A stretch of DNA of 64,000 nucleotides. It comes from Candidatus Woesearchaeota archaeon (lineage in GTDB: Archaea > Nanobdellota > Nanobdellia > Woesearchaeales > B72-G16). Numbering within the stretch: position 1 is the stretch's first letter; each line of letters opens with the position of its first letter. The DNA lies in the NCBI GenBank assembly GCA_003650545.1, contig QMQO01000001.1:4845-68844 (forward strand). The letters are read 5' to 3'. Positions 28,574 to 37,284 of the stretch are shown here, in pieces. Made by a program: the position numbers and the translations under genes. Under the pieces are notes generated by a model. The model worked only from the letters and a program-made list of their open reading frames with translations, was not told where the DNA came from and did not search any database.

Positions 28574-28821
28574 GGTTTTATTCTGTAATAGAACATGAAG
28601 AAAGTAAAAATCATTAGTGCTAAAACTAAACTTAATGTGATTATGAATAGTTTTTTATCAGTGCTAAAGCCGAATGGAATAAAACCAATCACGCCAACTG
28701 CAGACACCTTGACATTGCTCTCTTTGTTTTTTGGTAGTAACAAAGAGCTAGCCATGAGAATGATTATTCCTAAGAATATTACCACAATTCCAATAAATGT
28801 TAGCTGGTTTTGTGTTATCAT
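28570..28821 (-). CDS. small polytopic membrane protein, hypothetical
   Basis: 83 aa with three hydrophobic segments. It converges on the adhesin gene with a 4-nt overlap. Confidence 0.45.
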   Translation of the reverse strand: MITQNQLTFIGIVVIFLGIIILMASSLLLPKNKESNVKVSAVGVIGFIPFGFSTDKKLFIITLSLVLALMIFTFFMFYYRIKP

Positions 28822-28864
28822 TCTAATTGGATTTTTTTATCTTAATAAGTATTTTTCCATAATC

Positions 28865-28874
28865 TTTATAAATA
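28865..28874 (+). promoter_or_regulatory. archaeal TATA box for tRNA-Val
   Basis: TTTATAAATA is centred about 27 nt upstream of the tRNA 5' end at 28897. Confidence 0.55.
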
Positions 28875-28896
28875 GGGTATATGTGCTATATAGAAC

Positions 28897-29068
28897 GGGC
28901 TCGTGGTCTAGCGGCTATCGGAAGACCGTAAATGACAGCGCCCTTACATTGTGAGATTGTTTCAATTGTTTCACACAAGAGAGGCGTTAATCCCCGGTTC
29001 GAGTCGGAGAATCAAAATTAGCTTTATCAATTTCAACTTGCATCTTCGCGAATATCCGGGCGGGCCCA
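28897..29068 (+). tRNA. tRNA-Val (anticodon UAC) with three introns
   Basis: Exons are 28897-28916, 28932-28948, 28982-29003 and 29055-29068. They assemble into a 73-nt cloverleaf: GGGCTCG TG GTCT AGCGGCTA TGAC A GCGCC CTTACAA GGCGT TAATC CCCGG TTCGAGT CCGGG CGGGCCC A. Introns are 15 nt (D-loop), 33 nt (37/38) and 51 nt (T-loop 59/60), each with a BHB-like fold. Confidence 0.85.
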
Positions 29069-29171
29069 TTCCTAGAAAATTTTTTATGTAGTAAAAAAAA
29101 TGGCTTTAGAGTGCTTGAAAATGCAGACTGTCTTACTATCTTGTTTGTCTGCATCTTCTTTGCATCTTTAA

Positions 29172-29295
29172 GCGGCAGTAGTATAGTGGTTAGAGATTCA
29201 TAATCGGCCAATACCCGGCGTTGCCAACGCCGTAACCGGGGTTCAAATATGCCGAAGCAATTTATGCTTCGCGATTGAAAGTCCCCGCTGCCGCA
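29172..29295 (+). tRNA. tRNA-Gly (anticodon GCC) with two non-canonical introns
   Basis: Exons are 29172-29193, 29212-29247 and 29282-29295. They give a 72-nt cloverleaf: GCGGCAG TA GTAT AGTGGTTA GTAC C CGGCG TTGCCAA CGCCG TAAC CGGGG TTCAAAT CCCCG CTGCCGC A. Introns are 18 nt (D-loop) and 34 nt (T-loop 59/60). Confidence 0.85.
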
Positions 29296-29453
29296 TACGA
29301 GATAATATTTTTTTTTAGACATAAGGAAAAATCATTTTATGGAAAAATGTTTTATGGAAAAACCTTACAACATTGATACAACTCAGAATAATATAGTGAA
29401 GAAGACAAGAAGAACTCGCATATAAGCATATAAGATTTTTTATATTTTCGAAA

Positions 29454-30125
29454 ATGAAAATACTTTTCCTAGAAGCAAGAAACGATATTCAGCTAAAGAG
29501 AATAAAAAATATAGAAATTCTTCCAACCAAGATTGGTTTATTAGGCATAGTACAATATGCAGACCAATTACAAAAGTTAAAAGAAACCCTTGAAAATTCG
29601 GGCAAGGAAGTTATTTTTGGAAAATCGGCTAAAACAAAGAATGTTGGTCAGATACTTGGTTGTGATATTAAAGCTGCAGAAAGTATTGAAGATAGAGTTG
29701 ATGCATTCTTATTTCTTGGAGATGGGTTATTTCACCCGAGAATGCTGTTGTTAAAGTTAAAAAAACCTGTATTCTTCCTAAGTCCCACAAAAAATAAGAT
29801 ATATCAGTTAAAGGACTCTGATCTAAAGAGAATAAAAATCAAGCAGAAGACGGCTACAATCAAGTATCTATCTTCTAAGGAAATAGGAATAATCGTTAGT
29901 ATAAAACCAGGGCAGAATCAGACAAAGGCTGCTATTTTATTGAAAGAAAAGTTGAGGAAACAAGGTAAGAATGCATACTTATTGATAGCAGATACTGTTG
30001 ATTATCAACAACTTGAGAATTTTCCATTTATAGAATGTTTTGTTAACACAGCTTGTCCTAGAATAGCACTAGATGATTACGAAGCAATAAAAAAACCAAT
30101 TCTTAATATTGATGACGTCCCTTAA
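29454..30125 (+). CDS. dph2: diphthamide synthesis Dph2-like protein, N-terminally short
   Basis: GQILGCD, FLGDGLFHP and NTACPRIALDDY resemble archaeal Dph2 domains 2-3. At 223 aa it is about 100 aa shorter than typical archaeal Dph2. Confidence 0.55.
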   Translation: MKILFLEARNDIQLKRIKNIEILPTKIGLLGIVQYADQLQKLKETLENSGKEVIFGKSAKTKNVGQILGCDIKAAESIEDRVDAFLFLGDGLFHPRMLLLKLKKPVFFLSPTKNKIYQLKDSDLKRIKIKQKTATIKYLSSKEIGIIVSIKPGQNQTKAAILLKEKLRKQGKNAYLLIADTVDYQQLENFPFIECFVNTACPRIALDDYEAIKKPILNIDDVP

Positions 30126-30136
30126 TCTTCGGCTAA

Positions 30137-31039
30137 TTATTTATTCTTAACTTTGTCGAAACTTTTGCTTAACTCTTTGCTCCAAAAGCTGGGTAGTGGA
30201 TTAGAAACAAAGCCACGATAAACATCTGCATAGATGTATACAAGGCCTGGTTCTGATTTGAGTGCATCAAAGTCAGAAGATGCATCTTCGTAAATCTTCT
30301 TGACAATGTTGCGTTCAAGATCTTTTTGTAACAAAGAGTTAGGTTTTAGCAACAAGAAATCTGCCTGCCTTATAGCATTAACGTCTATATTAGATGAGTT
30401 TTGTGAGATGAAGATCACACTGAGGTCCTTGTGCCTTGCAACCAGTAGCACTTTTGACAAAAGCTTGTTGATATTGCTCATTGTATCCCTGCTCGAGAAT
30501 GTGATGCCACCTTCGTCTATGAGAAGGACAGAATTTCTTGCGATATCGTCAATTATATCAAAATTTTTAATAGAAGTTATCCAGTTGGGAATCTTGTCTG
30601 TTTTGAAGCCCAATGCATAAATATTCTTGTTTGTTTTTGCTTTGAAGTTTTCTAATAGTTTCATGCCAATTGCTGACTTGCCTTTACCCCTTGCACCTAA
30701 GATGATACCAATTTTACTATCTGATCTATAAAGCTTGTTTTCCCATTCATCAAAGCTTCCTTTAATTGTTTTTAGCACATTAAATTTTGCATAGGTGTAA
30801 TCTACTCGAAGTTTTCCTGTTGCAATGGGTCTTTCTCTATCTTTCTTCTCTTCAGATTTTACTTTTATTTTTTCTTTCTTTTTATTTTTTGCAATCTTTT
30901 TGAACACAACCTTAAAGATCATAATCGCGAGAATGACCATGCTTTTTAAAAACTCTTTTATTACATAATAGACAGCATACATTGGGTAACCTATTATTTT
31001 TTTCCACCATGCGATTCTTCTGTTTCTCAGTTTGGCCAT
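30137..31039 (-). CDS. membrane-anchored P-loop NTPase (Zot-like)
   Basis: N-terminal TM helices and a K-rich linker. Walker A is GIILGARGKGKSAIG and Walker B is SVLLIDEGG. The following ARHKDLSVIFISQNSSNIDVNAIRQADFLLLK resembles Zot/pI-type NTPases. Confidence 0.6.
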   Translation of the reverse strand: MAKLRNRRIAWWKKIIGYPMYAVYYVIKEFLKSMVILAIMIFKVVFKKIAKNKKKEKIKVKSEEKKDRERPIATGKLRVDYTYAKFNVLKTIKGSFDEWENKLYRSDSKIGIILGARGKGKSAIGMKLLENFKAKTNKNIYALGFKTDKIPNWITSIKNFDIIDDIARNSVLLIDEGGITFSSRDTMSNINKLLSKVLLVARHKDLSVIFISQNSSNIDVNAIRQADFLLLKPNSLLQKDLERNIVKKIYEDASSDFDALKSEPGLVYIYADVYRGFVSNPLPSFWSKELSKSFDKVKNK

Positions 31040-31111
31040 GGTTATTAATGATTATTTCTGTATTTAAAAGATTTTCTGAAAATTTATATAACCAAATTTT
31101 TTTCTAGTTGT

Positions 31112-32323
31112 ATGACAGAATTATTAGCACCAGCTGGAAATTGGCCTGCCTTGAGGGCTGCTGTAGAAGCTGGCGCAGATGCTGTTTATTTTGGTGTAAA
31201 GCAACTGAATATGAGAATAACTACAGAAAATTTTGATATTGGTGAGATCAAGAAAATAACAGAGTATTGCCATGAAAGCGGTGTTAAAGCATATCTTACA
31301 TTAAATGTTATAATTTATGACGAAGAACTGCCGATTGTGAAGAAAATAATAACAACTGCAAAAAATGCGAACATAGATGCAATAATCGCTTGGGATAATG
31401 CTGTGTTGACAGAATGTAAAAGACAAGACATAAGAATTCATTTGTCTACACAGGCTAGTGTTAGCAATTACGAGGCTGTTAAGGTATACGCCAGTCTTGG
31501 TGTTAAAAGAATAATTCTAGCTCGTGAATTATCTATTCCTCAGATTGCTTTTATAAAAAAACAGATTAAGAAAGATGAGCTAGATGTTGAACTGGAAACT
31601 TTTGTTCACGGTGCTATGTGTGTCGCTATCAGCGGGAGGTGTTTCACTAGTCAGTTTGTGTTTGGTAAGAGTGCAAATAGGGGGAATTGTCTGCAACCTT
31701 GCAGACGGGAATATATAGTTCAAGATACTGACAATGAAATCACATTAAAACTAGGTAATAATTATGTTATGTCGGCTAAAGATTTATGTGCATTGCCATT
31801 CTTGAATAAACTTGTAGAAGCAGAAATCGATGCTTTTAAAGTTGAAGGTAGAAATAAGCAGCCAGAGTACGTGAAAACTGTTGTTGAAGTTTATAGAGAA
31901 GCGTTAAATTCTATTGAGAAAAAAAAGTTTGATAAAAAGCTTGTTAGTAAATTGATGATTAAACTCAGAACAGTTTATAACCGCGACTTTAGTTCAGGTT
32001 TCTTCTTGGGAAAACCTTTGCCAGAGCACTTTGCAGATGCTTATGGTAGCAAGCAAAAGATGAAAAAAGTTTTTTTGGGATTTGTTGGTAACTATTATCC
32101 TAAGGTTGGTGCTGCAGAAATAAAGTTACTTACATCTGGCCTAAAGCATGGTAATTGGATTATGTTTCAGGGGAAGACAACGGGTGTTTTTGAACAGGTT
32201 GTGAGTAGTATGGAGATTAATAACAAAAAGACTAAAGCTGCAGCTAAAGGCGAGTCAGTTGCGATTAAAGTTAATCGAAGAGTTAGAAAGAATGATAAGG
32301 TCTTTTTGATTTCTTATTCATAG
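31112..32323 (+). CDS. peptidase U32 family protein
   Basis: N-terminus is ELLAPAGNWPALRAAVEAGADAVYFG. Also present: ILARELS, the FVHGAMCVAISGRCF Cys motif, and VEGR. Confidence 0.85.
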   Translation: MTELLAPAGNWPALRAAVEAGADAVYFGVKQLNMRITTENFDIGEIKKITEYCHESGVKAYLTLNVIIYDEELPIVKKIITTAKNANIDAIIAWDNAVLTECKRQDIRIHLSTQASVSNYEAVKVYASLGVKRIILARELSIPQIAFIKKQIKKDELDVELETFVHGAMCVAISGRCFTSQFVFGKSANRGNCLQPCRREYIVQDTDNEITLKLGNNYVMSAKDLCALPFLNKLVEAEIDAFKVEGRNKQPEYVKTVVEVYREALNSIEKKKFDKKLVSKLMIKLRTVYNRDFSSGFFLGKPLPEHFADAYGSKQKMKKVFLGFVGNYYPKVGAAEIKLLTSGLKHGNWIMFQGKTTGVFEQVVSSMEINNKKTKAAAKGESVAIKVNRRVRKNDKVFLISYS

Positions 32324-32410
32324 TATGCTTATTTATAATAGGCTTAGAGTAGGCTTAGAATTATTTTTGTTTATTATATGTTAATATTTTTGAATATAAC
32401 ATTCTTAAAA

Positions 32411-34942
32411 TTATATTTTGCCTAGCTTCTTTTTTAAATCGTTTAAACGGTTACTGATATCATTAAGTTCTTTCTCATTTGTCTTGATTTTTATTTTTAG
32501 ATTTCTGAAAGAAAATTTGTCTTTAGGTACAGTCTTAACTGGCTTTATCTTCTTAAGGCTGCGCTCTTCTTTTTTCTTTATTATTTTAGCTTTTTCAATC
32601 TCTTCTCGTTGTTCATTTAAGTGTTCCTTTCTAATTCGCTCTTGCATATAAATACCTTTTCTAAGCTTTTTCAATGTCTCTTTCTCTCTTTGCTCTGCTT
32701 TTTTATTAAAATAGATTTCGCGAGCTTTCTTTTTGTGCTTGAGTTTTATTTGTAAAATATAATTCTGTTGCTGTTGAATCTCTTTGTATTTGCCTATCCT
32801 GTCAATCTTGAATTTGTAATCTTCAAAATTTTTTTTGAGATTGCCGTACGCATCTTTGCTGAATGATAAGAATGCATTGAAGTTTTTAATAATACCGCTA
32901 GATAAGCTGGTTGTATAATTTTTCAGCGCGTTTGTAGCTTTTTCAAATTTTAACTTTGGTTCATGTCTTTCTTTGATATTTTCTGTCCTGAATTGAACAA
33001 GTTTAGCATCAAACTTGTTTCTAGCGTTAAGTTCTAAATTCTGATGATATCTATGCAAAATGACGTAACTGGTTATGATGATGATATTTATAAGCGCTAC
33101 GAAACCAACAGCTAGCCAACCAATAGATTTTTTATCAAGTTTCAGTATCGATTCTGGAAATTCAAGAATACTCGATCCTGTTAAATCTTTTTTAATATCC
33201 TTTGTTGATGTTTTGTTATCTGTTTGTGAGAAAGTTTCTAAAACTTTTTTTGTTTCCTCAGGTATATCTTGAGTTTTCACTGATGCTGGCGCTTGAATCT
33301 CGACAATTGTTTTTTTTGGTGCAAGAGTTTTTTGAAAAGTTGCATTCCCGGTAATTGCAAAATAGCTAAAGCTAGGGGTGAAGGCGGTATAGTGTGCGTA
33401 ATGGCTATCTTCTCTTGATAGGATAGTGTTAAGTTCATTCCAGCTGTCAGTGTAGTGCATCAACCTTACTGAATTTTTACTGATGTTGTTGGATGTCAGC
33501 CAGGTTTTTTCAACTTTAAATTTAATTTCGTTATTAGTTATATTAACGTTTCTGTCTTTGCTAATCTCTAGATATTTATAGACCTTATTTGGGGCTGAAT
33601 CGATATGTTCTGGTTTATTAGTTAGTGCTTTTACTTCTAAATTAAGGTTTGTTATTTCTTCCTTTGCAGTGATTTTAATTCCAGTAATAGGTATGTTTTC
33701 TCTTTTAATGTTGATTTCATAGTAATTACCTTTATTTATCTTTAGGATTAGATATGTTACCGCGTATTCAGACGGTTTCGTACCAAGGTTGCCACTTCCA
33801 GCTGTATTGTCAGGAGGGCTATAGCCAGGACAATAGCTAACTTCGCTTGGTTTGTCTTGGTCAGTACCACAATGATGCTGTTCTTCACAGTGTCTTATTT
33901 TATACTTTATACCTTCCTGACAGCTGCTCCACTCATCGCATTCCCATCTTTCAATACACCTGAACACTGTGAAGTTGTATTCGTCAGATGTGAAACTGTT
34001 GTTTTTGACATCCTTTGCAATGACAAAAAATTTTTTTTCGCCCATGCTCAGCGGACTAATCACCCAGGTATAGGTTTTGTTAGAGCCAAAGCTTGGAAGC
34101 TGAGTTTTACCTTCGATATAAATTTTGGCTTCGTCTATATCATTATGATCTGTAAAATTTACAGTTATTGTTTGACTTTCGTTCGTATAAACTAAACTAC
34201 GATATTTGATTTGAATTATTTTTGGTGGTATTTGGTCTTCTACAGTTATGTTGATATATTTGGTTAACTTAGTTATGCTATCGTTAAGGGTTAAGCTAAT
34301 TGTTAGATTGCCTTCTTTATCAAAACTATAGGTAGTGTTTAGTGTGGTTGCTGTTATTTTGCTAAGGTTCCAGAGATATGTTATATTAGCATTATCTGGG
34401 TTATAGAGGGAAGATGTAAAGTTTATGGTTTCGTATAAATTAAAGATCGCATTGTTCTTAGGGTTAGTTATGTTAAAATCAAAACCGTCATAGACTGGAC
34501 TAACATTAACAAGGAATGATGAGTTTGTTTCATGACCTTCAGGATCCCTTATTGTTAAGTTAACATTTTCAATACCATTCCAGTTAGCAGCTGCAGTGAT
34601 ATTTAAGCTTAATGTTGTGTTATCTGTTATTGTGATTTTTATATTATCTGTTGTGAACTCTGTTCTGAGATCGCTTAAATTAGTATCATTATCTGTAACA
34701 TAGGTCTTTAATTTGATTGAATCATTGTAACCGTCTTCTTCAAAAATTATGGTTGGGATTTGGTTTATAACAGGTGACATGTTTGTTTCGTTCAAATCCA
34801 TTATTGTAACTTGGCCCATATATTTTATTGGCAATATAATCGCGAGGGATATGGCTGCAAATACTAACATTGTGCTCACGATTCCGTCTAGGTTAATATT
34901 TGCGCGTTTCATAACATTCCAAAAATCACTTCTTTTTTTCAC
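32411..34942 (-). CDS. large surface protein with PGF-pre-PGF-like domain, TM helix and Lys-rich cytoplasmic coiled-coil tail
   Basis: N-terminal anchor followed by beta-rich N-x-S/T-rich repeats. The segment KFKVEKTWLTSNNISKNSVRLMHYTDSWNELNT...YTAFTPSFSYFAITG resembles the archaeal PGF-pre-PGF domain. This is followed by the TM WLAVGFVALINIIIITSYVIL and a K/E-rich tail. Confidence 0.7.
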   Translation of the reverse strand: MKKRSDFWNVMKRANINLDGIVSTMLVFAAISLAIILPIKYMGQVTIMDLNETNMSPVINQIPTIIFEEDGYNDSIKLKTYVTDNDTNLSDLRTEFTTDNIKITITDNTTLSLNITAAANWNGIENVNLTIRDPEGHETNSSFLVNVSPVYDGFDFNITNPKNNAIFNLYETINFTSSLYNPDNANITYLWNLSKITATTLNTTYSFDKEGNLTISLTLNDSITKLTKYINITVEDQIPPKIIQIKYRSLVYTNESQTITVNFTDHNDIDEAKIYIEGKTQLPSFGSNKTYTWVISPLSMGEKKFFVIAKDVKNNSFTSDEYNFTVFRCIERWECDEWSSCQEGIKYKIRHCEEQHHCGTDQDKPSEVSYCPGYSPPDNTAGSGNLGTKPSEYAVTYLILKINKGNYYEINIKRENIPITGIKITAKEEITNLNLEVKALTNKPEHIDSAPNKVYKYLEISKDRNVNITNNEIKFKVEKTWLTSNNISKNSVRLMHYTDSWNELNTILSREDSHYAHYTAFTPSFSYFAITGNATFQKTLAPKKTIVEIQAPASVKTQDIPEETKKVLETFSQTDNKTSTKDIKKDLTGSSILEFPESILKLDKKSIGWLAVGFVALINIIIITSYVILHRYHQNLELNARNKFDAKLVQFRTENIKERHEPKLKFEKATNALKNYTTSLSSGIIKNFNAFLSFSKDAYGNLKKNFEDYKFKIDRIGKYKEIQQQQNYILQIKLKHKKKAREIYFNKKAEQREKETLKKLRKGIYMQERIRKEHLNEQREEIEKAKIIKKKEERSLKKIKPVKTVPKDKFSFRNLKIKIKTNEKELNDISNRLNDLKKKLGKI

Positions 34943-35084
34943 TTTTAGCTTTCTCTAATTCCTTTTTCATATAAAGTTCGATCTTCTTAGAAAGCATGAT
35001 GGCATTCTCGTTACAGTACTCTCTATAGCGATCATATATTTTTGCGTCTACACTTAGTGTTACCTTTTTTTTGCCATCAGCCAT
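34926..35084 (-). CDS. ribbon-helix-helix (CopG-like) small protein, 52 aa
   Basis: Below the track cutoff. MADGKKKVTLSVDAKIYDRYREYCNENAIMLSKKIELYMKKELEKAKSEKKK has the beta-strand plus two-helix RHH pattern. Its 3' end overlaps the start of the 32411..34942 gene by 17 nt. Confidence 0.5.
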   Translation of the reverse strand: MADGKKKVTLSVDAKIYDRYREYCNENAIMLSKKIELYMKKELEKAKSEKKK

Positions 35085-35276
35085 TTATCAACATTTACCT
35101 GATTAAGTGCTCTTATCAGAGTTGATTATAAGAGATTAGATATTATACTTCTATTTAAATCTTTTTATGTAAAAATATGTTTTTTTAAGTATATTTACAT
35201 AAATACACTTCTTTGGAAATAAAAATGAAAAATTAGATTATAAACTTTTATAAATAGACATTCATTCTAGTATTAG

Positions 35277-35624
35277 ATGGCAAAAAAACCGATGTCTGCA
35301 AAAGAAGAGAAAGAATACGAGCAAGAGCAGATTAGAAGGATCAGACTTCCTAGACCACCCCAAGTATTAGGTATTGTAGACCAACGTTTGGGTGGCTCAA
35401 GGCTGAAGGTTCGTTGTTTAGATGGTAAAACCCGCGTCTGTAGGATTCCTGGCAGACTAAAGAAATTTCTGTGGTTGCGAGAGGGAGATGTTGTGATTAT
35501 TGAGCCATGGGAGTTCTCTGGAGAAGAAAAAGGCGATGTTGTATTGAAATACAAGCCGATTCAGGTGCAATATCTTAGAAAGAAGGGATATCTTGATAAA
35601 CTTGAAGGACTTGAAGAATTTTGA
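35277..35624 (+). CDS. eif1a: translation initiation factor 1A (aIF1A)
   Basis: The region RIRLPRPPQVLGIVDQRLGGSRLKVRCLDGKTRVCRIPGRLKKFLWLREGDVVIIEPWEF is a typical aIF1A S1-like fold sequence. Confidence 0.9.
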   Translation: MAKKPMSAKEEKEYEQEQIRRIRLPRPPQVLGIVDQRLGGSRLKVRCLDGKTRVCRIPGRLKKFLWLREGDVVIIEPWEFSGEEKGDVVLKYKPIQVQYLRKKGYLDKLEGLEEF

Positions 35625-35734
35625 TTGCACATTCGTCCCTGTGACAGACAATAAAATTTTAAATATTTTTTCTTTATATTAAATAAAATTCATATGCAAA
35701 ATAAAAAAACTGAAAAAAACTCGAGGATTATAGT

Positions 35735-36349
35735 ATGGATAATAGAAAACTCTTAAAATTATCTGTTATAGTTGCTATTATAACATTATCTGCACTATTA
35801 TTAACATTGTTTGGTGTCACGAAGATTTTAATAGGAGAACTGATCTTTGCAATCGTCATCACATTGTGTGCAATTGTTATGTTTTTGACTTTAAAGCATT
35901 ATAGAATTTTTGTTATTTTGTCGTTTCTGTTTTACATAGCTAATCTGTTCAATGTGATTTTATTGTATGTTTATTCATACACATATGCGATAATACTATT
36001 GTTGATAATAAGCATAATTGGCTTTTTCTTGGCGATTGCATCTACGGATATGTTAAGAAAAACCAGATCATCAAAGAAAAAGGTTAGAGATACAGATATA
36101 AAGTCAGATATAAAGCCAGAAATTTATGAGGTTGAAGATAGCTTTAATGATATAAAACAAGTAAAGAAAAGTTCTATAGCTATTAAACCAAAGGTTAAGC
36201 CAAGGAAAAAAGCTAAGACAGATTACCAGAAATCAAAGATTTCCACAACAGGTGGGAAGAAGAAAATTAAAACGAAAGTGAAGAAAAAAGCAGAAAAGAA
36301 AGCTACCAAGATCAAGAAAAAAGTTAAAGAGAAAAAGGCAAAGAAATAA
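35735..36349 (+). CDS. polytopic membrane protein with Lys-rich C-terminal tail
   Basis: Four hydrophobic helices are followed by roughly 90 aa of K-rich low complexity. Confidence 0.5.
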   Translation: MDNRKLLKLSVIVAIITLSALLLTLFGVTKILIGELIFAIVITLCAIVMFLTLKHYRIFVILSFLFYIANLFNVILLYVYSYTYAIILLLIISIIGFFLAIASTDMLRKTRSSKKKVRDTDIKSDIKPEIYEVEDSFNDIKQVKKSSIAIKPKVKPRKKAKTDYQKSKISTTGGKKKIKTKVKKKAEKKATKIKKKVKEKKAKK

Positions 36350-36366
36350 ATAAAAATCAGAAATAT

Positions 36367-36885
36367 TTATCTTTTTTTGGGAGTTTTAGTTTTAGCAAAC
36401 TTTTTCTTATCAAGGTATTCGAATTTAAAAAAGAACCAGATTAATAATGCTGCGCCTATAACCAAGGCTGCATCAGCAATATTGAATGCGGGCCATATTC
36501 TGAAATCTATAAAGTCAATAACGCCACGGTAAAAAAAACGGTCAATTAGGTTTCCTATTGTTCCAGCAAATATTAAAGCTGTTGCAGGAATCATTTTAAT
36601 AGGAATTCTCCTGTAATATCTGATGATTGTTCCAAGCACAATTAATGAGATCACAATCATTAGCCATGCATATCCCTGAAATAAAGAAAATGCAGAACCT
36701 CTATTCAAACTGTATGTCAGATAAAAAATGTTTTTGATGACTGGTGTGGAGATTTCAGACTTTTTAGCAAGTAGTTTTGTAATTTGGTCAGATATGACGA
36801 CCAAGACAACTATTAGAATAAAATTTAAATTCCTATTGAATCTCTTGATTAATTTTTCGTTGGATCTGGTCTGCTTTTTTACCAT
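36367..36885 (-). CDS. lspA: lipoprotein signal peptidase (signal peptidase II)
   Basis: LNRGSAFSLF, GTIGNLIDRF and GVIDFIDFRIWPAFNIADAAL match the LspA conserved boxes, including both catalytic Asp contexts. Confidence 0.85.
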   Translation of the reverse strand: MVKKQTRSNEKLIKRFNRNLNFILIVVLVVISDQITKLLAKKSEISTPVIKNIFYLTYSLNRGSAFSLFQGYAWLMIVISLIVLGTIIRYYRRIPIKMIPATALIFAGTIGNLIDRFFYRGVIDFIDFRIWPAFNIADAALVIGAALLIWFFFKFEYLDKKKFAKTKTPKKR

Positions 36886-37274
36886 CGTCTTCTCGGTGAC
36901 TCATGTTCACCAAAAGCTGCACGCTCCAGATTGGCTAGACGTTGGTTAATGCTGTCTAAGGTAACCTTTAAGGTATCTAGCTTACTTGAGATGATTTGGA
37001 TGTCCTTTGAGATTACATCCTCTCTGCTTACTTGAGCTTGTGGCGCTGCACCAGGCATCTCCCTTATATAAGCTGGTCCTTCATCGTAGTAGGGCTTTCT
37101 TTGCTCGTAAATTGGTTCAGGGCGTTCAGCAGTTGTTTCAACTCTCCATGGTTCTGTTTCTGGTAAGCCTGGCAATGGTTTTAATTCAGTTGGTCTTAAG
37201 CCAAGTTTAGGACTAGCAGCAACATCAAATTTTGTTTCTTTTTTTCTGCGAAATATGTCGAAGATCCCCATCAT
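36879..37274 (-). CDS. Pro-rich protein with C-terminal coiled coil, function unknown
   Basis: 131-aa ORF, visibly GC-richer than its neighbours. It overlaps the lspA start by 7 nt. Confidence 0.45.
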   Translation of the reverse strand: MMGIFDIFRRKKETKFDVAASPKLGLRPTELKPLPGLPETEPWRVETTAERPEPIYEQRKPYYDEGPAYIREMPGAAPQAQVSREDVISKDIQIISSKLDTLKVTLDSINQRLANLERAAFGEHESPRRRW

Positions 37275-37284
37275 TCACCTCTTT

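Noticed and set aside
28987-29322. 111-aa minus-strand ORF.
   Set aside because: It spans the 3' part of tRNA-Val and all of tRNA-Gly. It is explained by the tRNA genes and their introns.
23000-31100. Possible integrated mobile element (recombinase-like gene, giant adhesin, tRNA pair, Zot-like NTPase).
   Set aside because: I could find no direct repeat of either tRNA 3' end or other att-like flanks. The recombinase-like protein looks catalytically impaired. Housekeeping-type genes (Dph2-like) are interspersed. It is kept only as a weak note inside other findings.
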